From: an uncultured bacterium
GTDB lineage: Bacteria > Patescibacteriota > Minisyncoccia > UBA6257 > 2-01-FULL-56-20
Direction of reading: 5' to 3'
Length of the DNA stretch: 64,000 nucleotides
Assembly (NCBI GenBank): GCA_963696395.1
Contig: CAVOJZ010000002.1
Location: 559,317 to 623,316, forward strand
In this document: positions 52,019 through 62,442 of the stretch, piece after piece
Numbering within the stretch: the stretch's first letter is position 1
Layout: each line of letters opens with the position of its first letter
Position numbers and translations under genes: made by a program
Notes under the pieces: generated by a model
Databases searched by the model: none
Told to the model about the DNA's origin: nothing
The model's input: the letters and a program-made list of their open reading frames with translations, nothing else

Positions 52019-52716
52019 AGCGCAATTCCTTTTCGGGTAAGTTCCGAAGCGCACGAAAGGCGTAACGACCGGAGAACTGTCTCAGAGGCAAGCTCGGTGA
52101 AAATGCGATTCCCGTGAAGACGCGGGATACCTGCAGCGGGACGAAAAGACCCCGGAAGCTTTACTGCAGCTTGGTATTGATTTTAGAGTTCTACTACGTA
52201 GCGTAGTGGTGAGGATTTGAAGCACAGCTCTCGGGTTGTGTGGATCCGACAATGAAACAGCCATTTTTAGAACTTTAACGTCTAACCGGTTGGGGACCTT
52301 ACAAGGAAACCCAACTGAGACAGTGCTTGGTAGGCAGTTTAAATGGGGCGTTTTCCTCCAAAAGAGTAACGGAGGAGTTTATTAAGGTCAGCTTAGCCCG
52401 GATGGAAATCGGGCAGGACGTGCAAACGCAAAAGCTGGCTTGACTGCGAGACCTACAAGTCGAGCAGGTGCGAAAGCAGAAGTTAGTGACCCGACGGCTA
52501 TGTTCATGTAATTTATTATATGAATTCTTAATAGGAAGGCCGGAGACACCGGATAAAAGCTACTCCGGGGATAACAGGCTAGTATTGTCCGAGCGTCCCT
52601 AGCGACGACAATGCTCGGCACCTCGATGTCGGCTCGCCACAGCGCGGGGGTGGAGAAGCTCCCAAGCGTTTGGCTGTTCGCCAATTAAAGTGGCACGTGA
52701 GCTGGGTTCAGACCGT

Positions 52717-53425
52717 TGAATACAAGAACCCTTAACGACGAATCGAACACGGCGGCTATCTCGAGTAATCGAGATTGAAAAAATCGACTCATATCGGTGA
52801 AACCCTAGCGTTCATGACCTGTGAGCGTATCTAAATGTTTATTAAAAATAAATTAAAAACTATTTTGTATGAACAGGCGATCATAGGATAATACCGAGGG
52901 AAGTCGCATATGGAATTTTCGTCAACGCAAAAAGCATATCTTGCAGGTTTTCTTGATGGTGATGGCAGCATCTATGTACGATTGAAACCAAATAGCGATT
53001 ATCGTTATGGGTTTCAGGTCGCACCGTGTGTTGCATTTTTTCAATCATCAAAAGACCGCAAGAGCTTTGAAGAGATCTGCAATCTCATTGGTAACGGATA
53101 TCTGCGGGAAAGAAACGATGGCATGTTGGAGTATGTTATGCAGAAACAACAGGCGATCTACTCTTTTCTTTTGGACATACGGCCATTTCTTATTCTTAAG
53201 AAACGGCAAGCCGATTTGATGCTCGTGATTTTGGAAAAGAAAATGCTCGTAAAATCTAAAGAAGATTTTATAGCGTTGATGGAGTTAATCGATCAATTCC
53301 GAGAATTAAATTATTCGAAGAAACGAAAGATTCATATGTTGACCCTCTAGAGACTACACGTCGATCTCCTCGAAAGAGGATGGTGGTATAGTCCGGCACT
53401 CCTGGTAACAGGAGAATACAGTATG
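52717..53425 (+). mobile_element. Group I intron at about L2593
   Basis: Splits GACCGT|CGTGAGACAG (I-CreI-type site); core GGTGAAACCC, GAGACTACA, GTATAGTCC. Confidence 0.92.
52910..53350 (+). CDS. Intron-encoded I-CreI-like LAGLIDADG endonuclease
   Basis: YLAGFLDGDGSI, PFLILKKRQA. Confidence 0.93.
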   Translation: MEFSSTQKAYLAGFLDGDGSIYVRLKPNSDYRYGFQVAPCVAFFQSSKDRKSFEEICNLIGNGYLRERNDGMLEYVMQKQQAIYSFLLDIRPFLILKKRQADLMLVILEKKMLVKSKEDFIALMELIDQFRELNYSKKRKIHMLTL

Positions 53426-53488
53426 CGTGAGACAGGTCGGTCTCTATCTGCTGCAGGCGTTTATTACTTGAGGGGAGTTGGCCTTAGT

Positions 53489-53834
53489 AAGAAATTGCTA
53501 CTTTCTGGAGTAATCCAGATTGCCAACTCGGCTAATAACGGTGAAACCCTAATTCTTGCTTCATCGCGATTAATATTTCATTAAAAATTTATTAATCGTA
53601 GATTGAAATGCAGTCCTCTTTCCCTATCATTGAAATATGATACAAGAGCAGGGCAATACCGTGGGAAGTCGATCTAATAATTTTAGGTTTGACCCCGTAA
53701 CGACTTGTGTCCTCGGCTTTGCGCCGAGTGACCGGATAGCGGTCTTTGAATCGCTATAACATGCCGACGCCCGACTTCGCACACGCGAAAGGGCGAAGAT
53801 ATAGTCTGAGCACGTAGTAATACGTGAGTGCTTG
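53489..53834 (+). mobile_element. ORF-less group I intron in the sarcin-ricin loop (about L2656)
   Basis: Splits TAGT|ACGAGAGGAC; P1 TAGT/GCTA; core GGTGAAACCC, AACGACT, GATATAGTCT; terminal G. Confidence 0.88.
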
Positions 53835-53913
53835 ACGAGAGGACTGGGCTGAACATACCTCTGGTCTATCGGCTTTGCCACCAGGTGAATTGCCGAGTAG
53901 CTATGTATGGAAG

Positions 53914-53947
<34 letters not shown>

Positions 53948-54138
53948 ACCCCAAGATTAGGTATGCGTGGTTTCGTCGAAGACTACGACGTTGATAGGCG
54001 TTAGGTGTAAGGCCAGCAATGGTTTAAGCCAAGACGTACTAATAACCCCGCCAACCATCCCAATGCTGACTTTCACGCGACCTCGTGCCGCGTGTGCATG
54101 AATTTATTTCTACATCAAAAAGCTAAACGGCTTTTTGA

Positions 54139-54255
54139 TGTCGGTGTTTTATCCTTGTGTGTCCCACCTCTTCCCATTCCGAACAGAGAAGTGAAAGCAC
54201 AAGCATCCGATGATACTCATCGCTTCGGCTTTGGGGAAAGTAGGATATGCCGACA
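54139..54255 (+). rRNA. rrf: 5S rRNA
   Basis: CCCATTCCGAAC, GAAGTGAA, GAAAGTAGG; terminal stem TGTCGGT/GCCGACA. Confidence 0.92.
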
Positions 54256-54367
54256 TCAAAGTGCCGTTTTTTTATTGCCCATCCCGCGTCCCGCGCATTC
54301 GCGCGCGTTGATTTTTTTATAGGCCTGCGGTAGAGTCCGGATAGTGCCAAGTGCACGAGGAGGATAG

Positions 54368-54649
54368 ATGATCTTTCGCGGATCTTTTACGGAATATCCC
54401 AAGCAAGCGGGAGACCCACACTCCACACTGATCGAGGAGTTACCATTGAGCGATGATCTGGGCTATGACCATGCTGTCACGCTGGCTCAGGCTCACATGC
54501 AGGCATTCGTCGCGGACTATCCAAAAAAGCATGACGGTTCGCCATGCACCTACGATCGTTTGGATCGCAACTTCAATTCGCGTCGCGATCCAAAAGAAGC
54601 GGAGGCGGTTGGCTGGGTCACTATTTGGTCCGATCCACGAGCAGCCTAA
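54368..54649 (+). CDS. Hypothetical protein
   Basis: 93-aa ORF with GAGGAGG SD and a downstream terminator. Confidence 0.55.
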   Translation: MIFRGSFTEYPKQAGDPHSTLIEELPLSDDLGYDHAVTLAQAHMQAFVADYPKKHDGSPCTYDRLDRNFNSRRDPKEAEAVGWVTIWSDPRAA

Positions 54650-54667
54650 TCGTTTTTCCTAATTCTC

Positions 54668-54699
54668 GGCCGCGTCCCCACGACGCGGCCTTTTGTTTT
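54668..54699 (+). terminator. Intrinsic terminator
   Basis: GGCCGCGTC...GACGCGGCC followed by TTTTGTTTT. Confidence 0.7.
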
Positions 54700-54710
54700 A
54701 TACTTAATGC

Positions 54711-55433
54711 ATGTCTACGCGCCTCGCGAAACAACTCATCTATGGGACGCTCTATGGCTTGATCTGGCTCGCCGTTATCGCCGGGATTTATTATCTTTTT
54801 ATTAAGCCCGCAATCACGCCGCCGGCGTGCACGGGCCCCGCATGCGGTTCGGAAACCGCGCGCCCGCTTGCGACGTCTACCGTTTCCACATTCCTTGCAG
54901 GGTCCGGCAGTGCGACCTACCTCGCGAAAGTTACGGATGTGAATTCCGATTTCGGCGCTACCGCATTCGACTATGCCTTTGATTTCTATAATGTGTCAGG
55001 GACAATCATCGAAACCATTCCCGGTTCTTCCTATATTTATCCAAGCCAGGTGAAATATCTTATCGCGCCGAACATGCGACCGGTCGGAGCGGCTCAACTT
55101 TCGCTTGACCTGAGCAACGTGCAATGGGCGGCAAGTTCCTCGATGGGACAGGTGCCGCAATTTACCTTTACGAATGTCGTTACAAATTCTGGGGCTAATA
55201 CTATTTCCGTAAACGGCCAGATGACGAACAACGACATTTCTTCGTTCGGCACCGTCCTTGTGGTTGCGGTCTTTAAGGACGCAGACGGCAACCCAATCGG
55301 AGCTTCACAGACGGAAATTGATAATGTCGCGGCCGGCGCCACGCAGAGTTTCTCCGTGATCTATCCGGCGATCCCCGGGATCAATCCGGCGGATAACGAG
55401 CTCGAAGCTTACGGGATAAGAACGGGATTGTAG
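54711..55433 (+). CDS. Membrane-anchored protein with FxLYD-like Ig domains
   Basis: TM; FDFYNVSG and AVFKDADGNPIG. Confidence 0.72.
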   Translation: MSTRLAKQLIYGTLYGLIWLAVIAGIYYLFIKPAITPPACTGPACGSETARPLATSTVSTFLAGSGSATYLAKVTDVNSDFGATAFDYAFDFYNVSGTIIETIPGSSYIYPSQVKYLIAPNMRPVGAAQLSLDLSNVQWAASSSMGQVPQFTFTNVVTNSGANTISVNGQMTNNDISSFGTVLVVAVFKDADGNPIGASQTEIDNVAAGATQSFSVIYPAIPGINPADNELEAYGIRTGL

Positions 55434-55434
55434 C

Positions 55435-56481
55435 ATGCTTTCTTTTTTTCTACCCGTAGGAATTCTCGTGGTCGCAGGACTCATCGTCCTCTCCGCTCTT
55501 TCGGTGCATTTTTTTGTTTTGCAATTGATCTGGGTCGCAATCGGCATCGGCGTGATCATATTTTTTACATTCGTTGATGCTAGGGCTATTTTTAACTCCC
55601 GTTGGATTGTCTGGATGTTGTACGGCGGGTCACTTGCGTTGCTCATCGCCGCATATCTTTTTGGTCCGGTTATTCGCAACACGAAGAGCTGGCTTGTTCT
55701 CGGGCCGGTCAGTATTCAACCCGTTGAGTTTCTGAAAATCGCACTCATTTTTCTTTTCGCAAATTATTTTGCCCGAAGGCATTTGGCTGTTGCGCGATGG
55801 GAGAACATTTTTACGTCCTTCATTTTTTTTATCATTCCCGCCGCAATCGCCGTGCGGTTGCCTGACCTTGGTTCGGCGGTGATATTTTTTGCAATCTGGT
55901 TCGGATTTCTCCTTCTTTCCGGATTGCCGTGGCGCCGCATCGCCGCTGCGGTGATTGTGTTTGCACTCGCCGGCGCATTTGTTTGGACGTATGTATTTAA
56001 GGATTATCACCGCGCCCGCATCGTGGGATTCCTCGACCCAAATGCAAATGCGCTCGGCATCAATTACAGTGTTACGCAATCCAAAATTGCGATCGGTTCG
56101 GCGGGGCTATGGGGAAAGGGATATGGGCAGGGATCCGAGACGCAATTAGGATTCCTTTCCGAGCCAACCGAGGACTTTATATTTGCGGCTCTTATTGAGG
56201 AGTGGGGGATTGTCGGCGGCATTGTCGTCGTCGCGGCATTCCTCGCCCTCATATTCCAGATTCTCCGCGTGGGCGCACTCGCCGATGAAAATTTTGAAAA
56301 GTTTATCTGCCTTGGCGCCGCGGTCATGTTTGGCATGCAGTTTTTCCTGAATACGGGTTCGGCTACCGGAGTTTTGCCGGTTGTCGGCGTCACTTTTCCA
56401 TTTCTGAGCTACGGCGGGTCCAGTATGCTTGCCAATATGTCGCTTCTTGCGATAATTAATTCCATCCGAAAACGATCATGA
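55435..56481 (+). CDS. rodA: SEDS peptidoglycan polymerase (RodA)
   Basis: QPVEFLK, PDLGSA, QSKIAIGSAG, DFIF, PFLSYGGSS. Confidence 0.9.
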   Translation: MLSFFLPVGILVVAGLIVLSALSVHFFVLQLIWVAIGIGVIIFFTFVDARAIFNSRWIVWMLYGGSLALLIAAYLFGPVIRNTKSWLVLGPVSIQPVEFLKIALIFLFANYFARRHLAVARWENIFTSFIFFIIPAAIAVRLPDLGSAVIFFAIWFGFLLLSGLPWRRIAAAVIVFALAGAFVWTYVFKDYHRARIVGFLDPNANALGINYSVTQSKIAIGSAGLWGKGYGQGSETQLGFLSEPTEDFIFAALIEEWGIVGGIVVVAAFLALIFQILRVGALADENFEKFICLGAAVMFGMQFFLNTGSATGVLPVVGVTFPFLSYGGSSMLANMSLLAIINSIRKRS

Positions 56482-57449
56482 ACCTTTTCTTTAACCGCAG
56501 GAATCTTCTCGGCGCCATGGTGCTTTTCTTGGTTTTTATTCTCGCTGCAATTTTTGTTTACGGTCTTTCGCCTGCAAGCGCAAGTGGCGTTCCTGCGGTT
56601 TTTGAAATCAAAGCAGGGGACGGGTTTCGTGGCACGGTCCGGAATCTGTATGCCGCGCACATCATCCGCTCACCGTTCGCAACCGAACTATATCTCCTGA
56701 TAAGCGGCCGGGCGTTGGAGCTTAAACCCGGGCTTTATAAATTGAGCGCCGCCGATTGGTCGCCCGCAATTACGAAAATTGTTACCGGAGGAAGTTCGGA
56801 ACAGGTGGTAGTTACCATTCCCGAAGGGTCAAACACCTATCAGATCGATGCCATCCTGAGCGATGCGCTCGTGATTCATTCCGGCGATCTGATCAATTTT
56901 GGCGCCGGCAAATCATTTGAAGGCATGTTGTTCCCCGATACGTACAGTTTCTTTACCGATGCGAACGCATCGAGCGTAGTAGATGAATTCCTGGCAAATT
57001 TTAACGCAAAGGCAGAACCACTTCTCGCGGGTGATCCGAAAAATGCAGAACAGAATTTAATCCTTGCCTCAATCGTGGAAAAAGAAGTGCCGAGTTCAAC
57101 GGATCAGGAAATGGTTGCTGGTATCATGCTGAAGCGGCTGGCTGCCGGAATGCCGCTCGATATCGATGCGACCGTCTGCTACGCAAAATTCATCGCGAAC
57201 CCCGACGCGACCTGTAATCCGCTTACCGCCGCCGATTTTAAGATAAATTCGCCCTATAATACCTATCTCAATAAAGGACTGCCTCCGGGGCCGATAGGAA
57301 ATCCGGGAGTGCAGGCGATCGAAGCCGCGCTTCACCCGAAGAGTTCGCCCTATTGGTATTACCTTTCAGATCCAAAAACCGGGGCAACCATATACGCCGT
57401 AACGCTTGCCCAGCAGGTGGCAAATCAGAAGAAATATCTAGGAGAGTAA
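56478..57449 (+). CDS. mltG: Endolytic transglycosylase MltG
   Basis: TIPEG, EGMLFPDTY, ASIVEKE, SPYNTY...GLPPGPIGNPG. Confidence 0.95.
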   Translation: MNLFFNRRNLLGAMVLFLVFILAAIFVYGLSPASASGVPAVFEIKAGDGFRGTVRNLYAAHIIRSPFATELYLLISGRALELKPGLYKLSAADWSPAITKIVTGGSSEQVVVTIPEGSNTYQIDAILSDALVIHSGDLINFGAGKSFEGMLFPDTYSFFTDANASSVVDEFLANFNAKAEPLLAGDPKNAEQNLILASIVEKEVPSSTDQEMVAGIMLKRLAAGMPLDIDATVCYAKFIANPDATCNPLTAADFKINSPYNTYLNKGLPPGPIGNPGVQAIEAALHPKSSPYWYYLSDPKTGATIYAVTLAQQVANQKKYLGE

Positions 57450-57455
57450 TGTAAA

Positions 57456-60400
57456 ATGATAGGTACGAGCTTTATGGTTGACCGTAATTCATATAAAAGG
57501 CCCTTCTTTATATTACTAGCCATCGGATTGGCTGTGTTTTTGACGCAGGCGGCGGCGGTGCGTGCTGCGACTAACCACGACGGATACTGCAATGCGGCGG
57601 GAGGGCCAAGTTCCTGCATGTTTAACAATACGGCTACGAATGATTTGAAATTGGTTCTTGGAACTTGCGTTAACTCGGGATGCACGGCTCCTGTTTCGAT
57701 ACCTGGCGGATGGACAGCGATCGCCAGCGGCACTAACGCGACGGACGGTTCCTGGGCTCTCGGTTGCAATGTTTCGGCAAATGCTTCGGATACCAGTTCC
57801 GGTAGTTGGACCGTGCCCGGTAACTCAGTCTATCTCGAAGGCGAATCATTTGCAGGAACCACAGTCGGAACAACGGCAAATTGCAATACGACTGGCGTCG
57901 GGGGAATTGCCGAGGCGGGAAATAACAGCAGTACGTATATTTTCCCTGGTGTCGCATTGAAACGGACCGATGGCAGTTCTTGGATTTCGGCGCTCACTTT
58001 CGACAACACTACTGCGGCAGCGTGCACACCGACGGGTCTCACGGCGTATAGCGCCACGGGCAATGGGACTATCCAAGACACTCCGGGTGGAGTTTCTTCT
58101 TGGGCAACGACAACGTGTACCACGTTCACCGGATACTGGAATACCGTCGATGCCGAGATTTTAGGGTTTTCGAGCTCGTCAACTCCGGTTATAAATTTCT
58201 TTACTGCTTCGTCTGCGATGGTTCTCACGGGCGGAACGTCTACATTATCGTGGAACGTAATCAATGCTTCATCGGTCACGATCACGCCGGGAGGATACAC
58301 CACGAGCACGCTTGTTGGTTCCACTTCCACGCCCGCTTTATCGACAACCACGATATTTACTTTGTCTGCGGCAAATGCAAATGGAACGACAACTGCCACG
58401 ACTAGTGTGTCGATAGACATAACGGCACCGAGCACCCCGACATCGGTTGTCGCCACGCCAACGAGTATTTCAAATCTCACGTTGACGTGGGCATCCTCGA
58501 CGGATGTTGGAGGTCCTGGTATCGGAGGGTACAATGTTTTTCGCTGCCAGGGATCGTGCACGCCGGCGGTTCGTATCGGTACCACGTCGAACGCAACCTA
58601 TAACGATTCGGGTCTCGCCTCGTCAACTATGTATACCTATGCTGTGCAAGCATATGACACGCTCGGACTCGTTTCCGCAACCTCATCACCGGTAAGTGTT
58701 ACCATGCCGACATCAACACCTGTTATCCAGGCAGCCACGTGCAATCAATCGGATGTGAATGCCGTCATTAACGGTCCGACACACACGGCGGCCGACGGCG
58801 ATGTTATCCAAATTCCTGCCGGTTCATGCACGTGGACAAGCGGTATCACGGTGCCGAGCGGAATCGGTATTTCTATCATCGGGACGGGGACGCCGAATAG
58901 CGGATCGAGTACGACAGGCGCCGCAGCCTCCTGCGCTTCCACGAGTATTACGGTGTCGAACGGCATCACCGCTTTTCGAATGACGCCTTCCTATGGAAAC
59001 TCAGCAGCGAGGATTTCCTGCATGACCATTAACTCCGGATCCGGCTCAGGTATCGCTGCCTCGGTACTTGGGACATGCAGTTCGAGTGGTTGTCCAAGTA
59101 TGCGCATGGACAACGTCACCTTTTCTAATTGGGCGGGGCATGTCGAAGTTGGTATCTCCTATGGAATAAACGCGATAGGCGACGTGTTTGGAGTTTTTGA
59201 TCATGACACGATAAACGGAAGCACGGGAAATTATTTACAGCTCGTCGAACAGTCCAACGCCAGTTATTTAGGTGTCGGTTATTATGGCGACAATTCCTGG
59301 GCGCAACCGGAGGCGTATGGCTCGGCTAATTTTCTTTATTTTGAAAATAACATTTTTAATGACTCCGGAATTTCAGATAATGAAGGTAGTGCGGGAGGTT
59401 TGCAGAATCAAGGCGGTGGTCGCGAGATCGGGCGATTCAACCAATTCAATATCACTGACACTTACAACTCCACGCTTGGGTGGCATGGCACTGAATCATC
59501 CGGTCGCCCCCGGAGTGGAAGGGCGTACGAGTTTTATGGCAACACCGCAAATTGCAATAGTTCTTCAACGGGGTGTCCTCCATTTATCGGCGTGAGAGGC
59601 GGAACGGGACTTGTTTGGGGAAATACGTTTAGCGCGAGTACGGGCAGTAGTTATAACGATGTCGTGCAGATGAATACTAATAGGTCGTTCGGCAATCCGG
59701 GCAATATTTGGGGAGCGTGCGATGGGTCTGCTCCGTTTGATACGGACGACGGCGTGACCTACTGGTCGGGAACGATCGCAAGTTATAGCACGAGTTCAAA
59801 CTCGGCAACAATAACCGTGTCCGGCTCTAACCCCGGCTGGAGCACCAATCAGTGGGTGCCGGCGGGCGCTCCTTATTCCGTGCATGACATTACACAAGGT
59901 TCGGGATCCGAGCTTATCGGCAATGGCTCGACTACATTGACCATCACTCAATTGGGAGGACCGGCTCAGTATAGTCCGACGAGCGGTGATTCAATCCAGA
60001 TCCTCCGTGCCACGGCGTGCATTGATCAAGGGGGTGGGCGAGGCGCCGGTTTTCTTTATAGCGGAGATACTCCGCAGTCCACGCCTGCCAATGAGGCCGT
60101 GGAGCCAACGTATCTCTGGATGAACAGTACGAATCCCAATCCGAATAGCGGAATGGCCTATTCGAATTCCGCTCGGGTGATTCAGGATCGCGACTATTAT
60201 ACCGAGAATTATAATCAAACCGCACAGTCCAACGCGACATCGCCTTTCAATGGTACTACCGCTATCGGCGTAGGACATGGTACGCTCGCTAATCGTCCGA
60301 CAACCTGCACGCCAAATCTGCTTGGTGGCGGCGCTCCTGGGGTTGCTTATTTTGCAACTGACGCCGACAGCGGCAATGGCGCCCTTTACACGTGCGACGC

Positions 60401-62429
60401 CACCAATACCTGGTCTCTCTATTATCAACCCGCTCCATATCCATATGCTTTAACTGCTCAAGGCCTTCCGAATGATCCAACGCTCATTGCGACCACATCA
60501 CCTGCGAACGGGGGATCGATTGTTCAATTTCCGCAAGGAAATAACTTCATCGCCGGCACTCCGGTGACGCTCACCGCTAACGCCTCGTCCGGTTACTCGT
60601 TTGTCGGTTGGACTGGAAGCGTGTCGACCACCACGAATCCTCTCACCGTCACCGTGAACAGCAACATGACGCTGACGGCAAATTTCAGTTCAGCAGCTTC
60701 TCCGCCCACCATCTCCTCCTTCTCTGCATCTCCCTCCGAAGTCCTCTCTGCCGGAACCAGCACTCTTTCCTGGAATGTCTCGAATGCCTCGTCGGTTGCC
60801 ATCACCCCCGGTAGTTTTTCGACCTCCACCCTCATCGGCTCCGTCACCGTGAACCCCACCTCGACCACGACCTACACCCTCACGGCAACGAATGGCAATG
60901 GTACGTCAACCGCAACCACGTCGGTTACGATTGATACCACGCCTCCATCAACCCCGACCTCTGTTGTTGCGACCGCCACCGGCTCTTCCACGATCACCCT
61001 CACCTGGGCCACGAGCACGGATGCGGGAGGTCCGGGTCTCTCGGGATACAACATCTTCCGCTGTCAGGGATCCTGCACCCCGAGTAACCGCATTTCGACC
61101 TCTTCCTCTCCCTTCTACCACGACACGTCTCTTACCTCAGGCACCCCATATACGTATTCCGTCTCCGCCTTCGATACCCTCGGATTGATATCGGCCACCT
61201 CATCCAATATCTCGACCACCACCTGGTCCGTCCCCGGAGTCCCCGGCTCCGTTTCCGCCTCCGCCGGCAATGCCCAGGCAACCGTCTCCTTCTCGGCTCC
61301 CACCTCAACCGGGGGAACGAGCATCCTCTACTACCGGGCCACCAGTAATCCGGGTAATACCTCCGCCACCTCAAGCGCAAGCCCGATTGTGGTTGCGAAT
61401 CTCACGAACGGACAAAGCTACACCTTTACCGTCACCGCAACGAATGCCGTCGGGACGAGTGCCTCCTCCTCGGTCTCGGGGAGCGTGACCCCCACGGGTG
61501 CCGCCCCCTCGATTGGATCCTTCTCTGCCGCCCCCCAGTATACAGAGCCAAGCGTCACCTCAACCCTCTCCTGGAGTGTGAGTAACGCCTCTTCCGTCTC
61601 CATCTCCCCGGGAGGATTCAGCACAAGCACCCTCATCGGCTCATTCTCTGTCGCTCCCACCTCCACCACGACCTACACCCTCACGGCAGAATCCAATGGC
61701 AATGGCACCTCAACCGCCCAGACCACCGTCACCGTGCAAAGCATCCCTCCGAGTATCCCCACGAATCTCTCGGCAGATCCCGTATCCACCTCAGAAATTG
61801 ATCTTTCGTGGACGGCAAGCACAAGCACGATCCCCATATCCGGCTATGGCATCTTTCAAGACAGCGTGCAGATCGCAACGACCAGTGCTACCAGTTACCA
61901 GAATACCGGGCTCAATCAGGACAGCCTCTACGCATATACCGTGGATGCCTTTGACGCCGCAGGGAATGTCTCCGGACAGAGTTCATCCACCTCTGCCACT
62001 ACCCAATCACAGCAATCCGGCGGTGGCGGCGGCGGCGGAGGTGGAGGCGGCGGCTACTATATCCCTCCCGCATCAACCTCAACCACAACCGGCACGGGGA
62101 CCGGAACCAGCGGCAACTCCGCACTTCTCCAAACCCTCCTTACCGAACTCCTCTCCCTCGTGAAGCAGCTGAATACCCAGCTTGTCGCAACCTTTACGAG
62201 AAATCTCACCGTGGGGTCACGGGGGACGGATGTCCAAAACCTCCAGGTCTTCCTGAATGACAACGGCTACCCGATATCCGAGACGGGAGCAGGATCTCTC
62301 GGACACGAATCAACCTACTTTGGCGCCAAGACGGCACAGGCCCTGGCCAAGTGGCAGAAGGCAAACGGGATCAAGGGGACCGGATTCTTCGGACCGGCAA
62401 CGAGGGCATTTATGGAGGGGAAGTGGTAG
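57456..62429 (+). CDS. Giant modular surface protein (Ig-like and FN3 repeats, beta-helix-like domain, C-terminal PG-binding domain)
   Basis: Repeated STLSWNVSNASSV and YTYAVQAYD modules; RNLTVGSRGTDVQNLQVFL...FGAKT..ALAKWQ; start could be 57474. Confidence 0.85.
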   Translation: MIGTSFMVDRNSYKRPFFILLAIGLAVFLTQAAAVRAATNHDGYCNAAGGPSSCMFNNTATNDLKLVLGTCVNSGCTAPVSIPGGWTAIASGTNATDGSWALGCNVSANASDTSSGSWTVPGNSVYLEGESFAGTTVGTTANCNTTGVGGIAEAGNNSSTYIFPGVALKRTDGSSWISALTFDNTTAAACTPTGLTAYSATGNGTIQDTPGGVSSWATTTCTTFTGYWNTVDAEILGFSSSSTPVINFFTASSAMVLTGGTSTLSWNVINASSVTITPGGYTTSTLVGSTSTPALSTTTIFTLSAANANGTTTATTSVSIDITAPSTPTSVVATPTSISNLTLTWASSTDVGGPGIGGYNVFRCQGSCTPAVRIGTTSNATYNDSGLASSTMYTYAVQAYDTLGLVSATSSPVSVTMPTSTPVIQAATCNQSDVNAVINGPTHTAADGDVIQIPAGSCTWTSGITVPSGIGISIIGTGTPNSGSSTTGAAASCASTSITVSNGITAFRMTPSYGNSAARISCMTINSGSGSGIAASVLGTCSSSGCPSMRMDNVTFSNWAGHVEVGISYGINAIGDVFGVFDHDTINGSTGNYLQLVEQSNASYLGVGYYGDNSWAQPEAYGSANFLYFENNIFNDSGISDNEGSAGGLQNQGGGREIGRFNQFNITDTYNSTLGWHGTESSGRPRSGRAYEFYGNTANCNSSSTGCPPFIGVRGGTGLVWGNTFSASTGSSYNDVVQMNTNRSFGNPGNIWGACDGSAPFDTDDGVTYWSGTIASYSTSSNSATITVSGSNPGWSTNQWVPAGAPYSVHDITQGSGSELIGNGSTTLTITQLGGPAQYSPTSGDSIQILRATACIDQGGGRGAGFLYSGDTPQSTPANEAVEPTYLWMNSTNPNPNSGMAYSNSARVIQDRDYYTENYNQTAQSNATSPFNGTTAIGVGHGTLANRPTTCTPNLLGGGAPGVAYFATDADSGNGALYTCDATNTWSLYYQPAPYPYALTAQGLPNDPTLIATTSPANGGSIVQFPQGNNFIAGTPVTLTANASSGYSFVGWTGSVSTTTNPLTVTVNSNMTLTANFSSAASPPTISSFSASPSEVLSAGTSTLSWNVSNASSVAITPGSFSTSTLIGSVTVNPTSTTTYTLTATNGNGTSTATTSVTIDTTPPSTPTSVVATATGSSTITLTWATSTDAGGPGLSGYNIFRCQGSCTPSNRISTSSSPFYHDTSLTSGTPYTYSVSAFDTLGLISATSSNISTTTWSVPGVPGSVSASAGNAQATVSFSAPTSTGGTSILYYRATSNPGNTSATSSASPIVVANLTNGQSYTFTVTATNAVGTSASSSVSGSVTPTGAAPSIGSFSAAPQYTEPSVTSTLSWSVSNASSVSISPGGFSTSTLIGSFSVAPTSTTTYTLTAESNGNGTSTAQTTVTVQSIPPSIPTNLSADPVSTSEIDLSWTASTSTIPISGYGIFQDSVQIATTSATSYQNTGLNQDSLYAYTVDAFDAAGNVSGQSSSTSATTQSQQSGGGGGGGGGGGGYYIPPASTSTTTGTGTGTSGNSALLQTLLTELLSLVKQLNTQLVATFTRNLTVGSRGTDVQNLQVFLNDNGYPISETGAGSLGHESTYFGAKTAQALAKWQKANGIKGTGFFGPATRAFMEGKW

Positions 62430-62442
62430 GAATTGAATTTTC

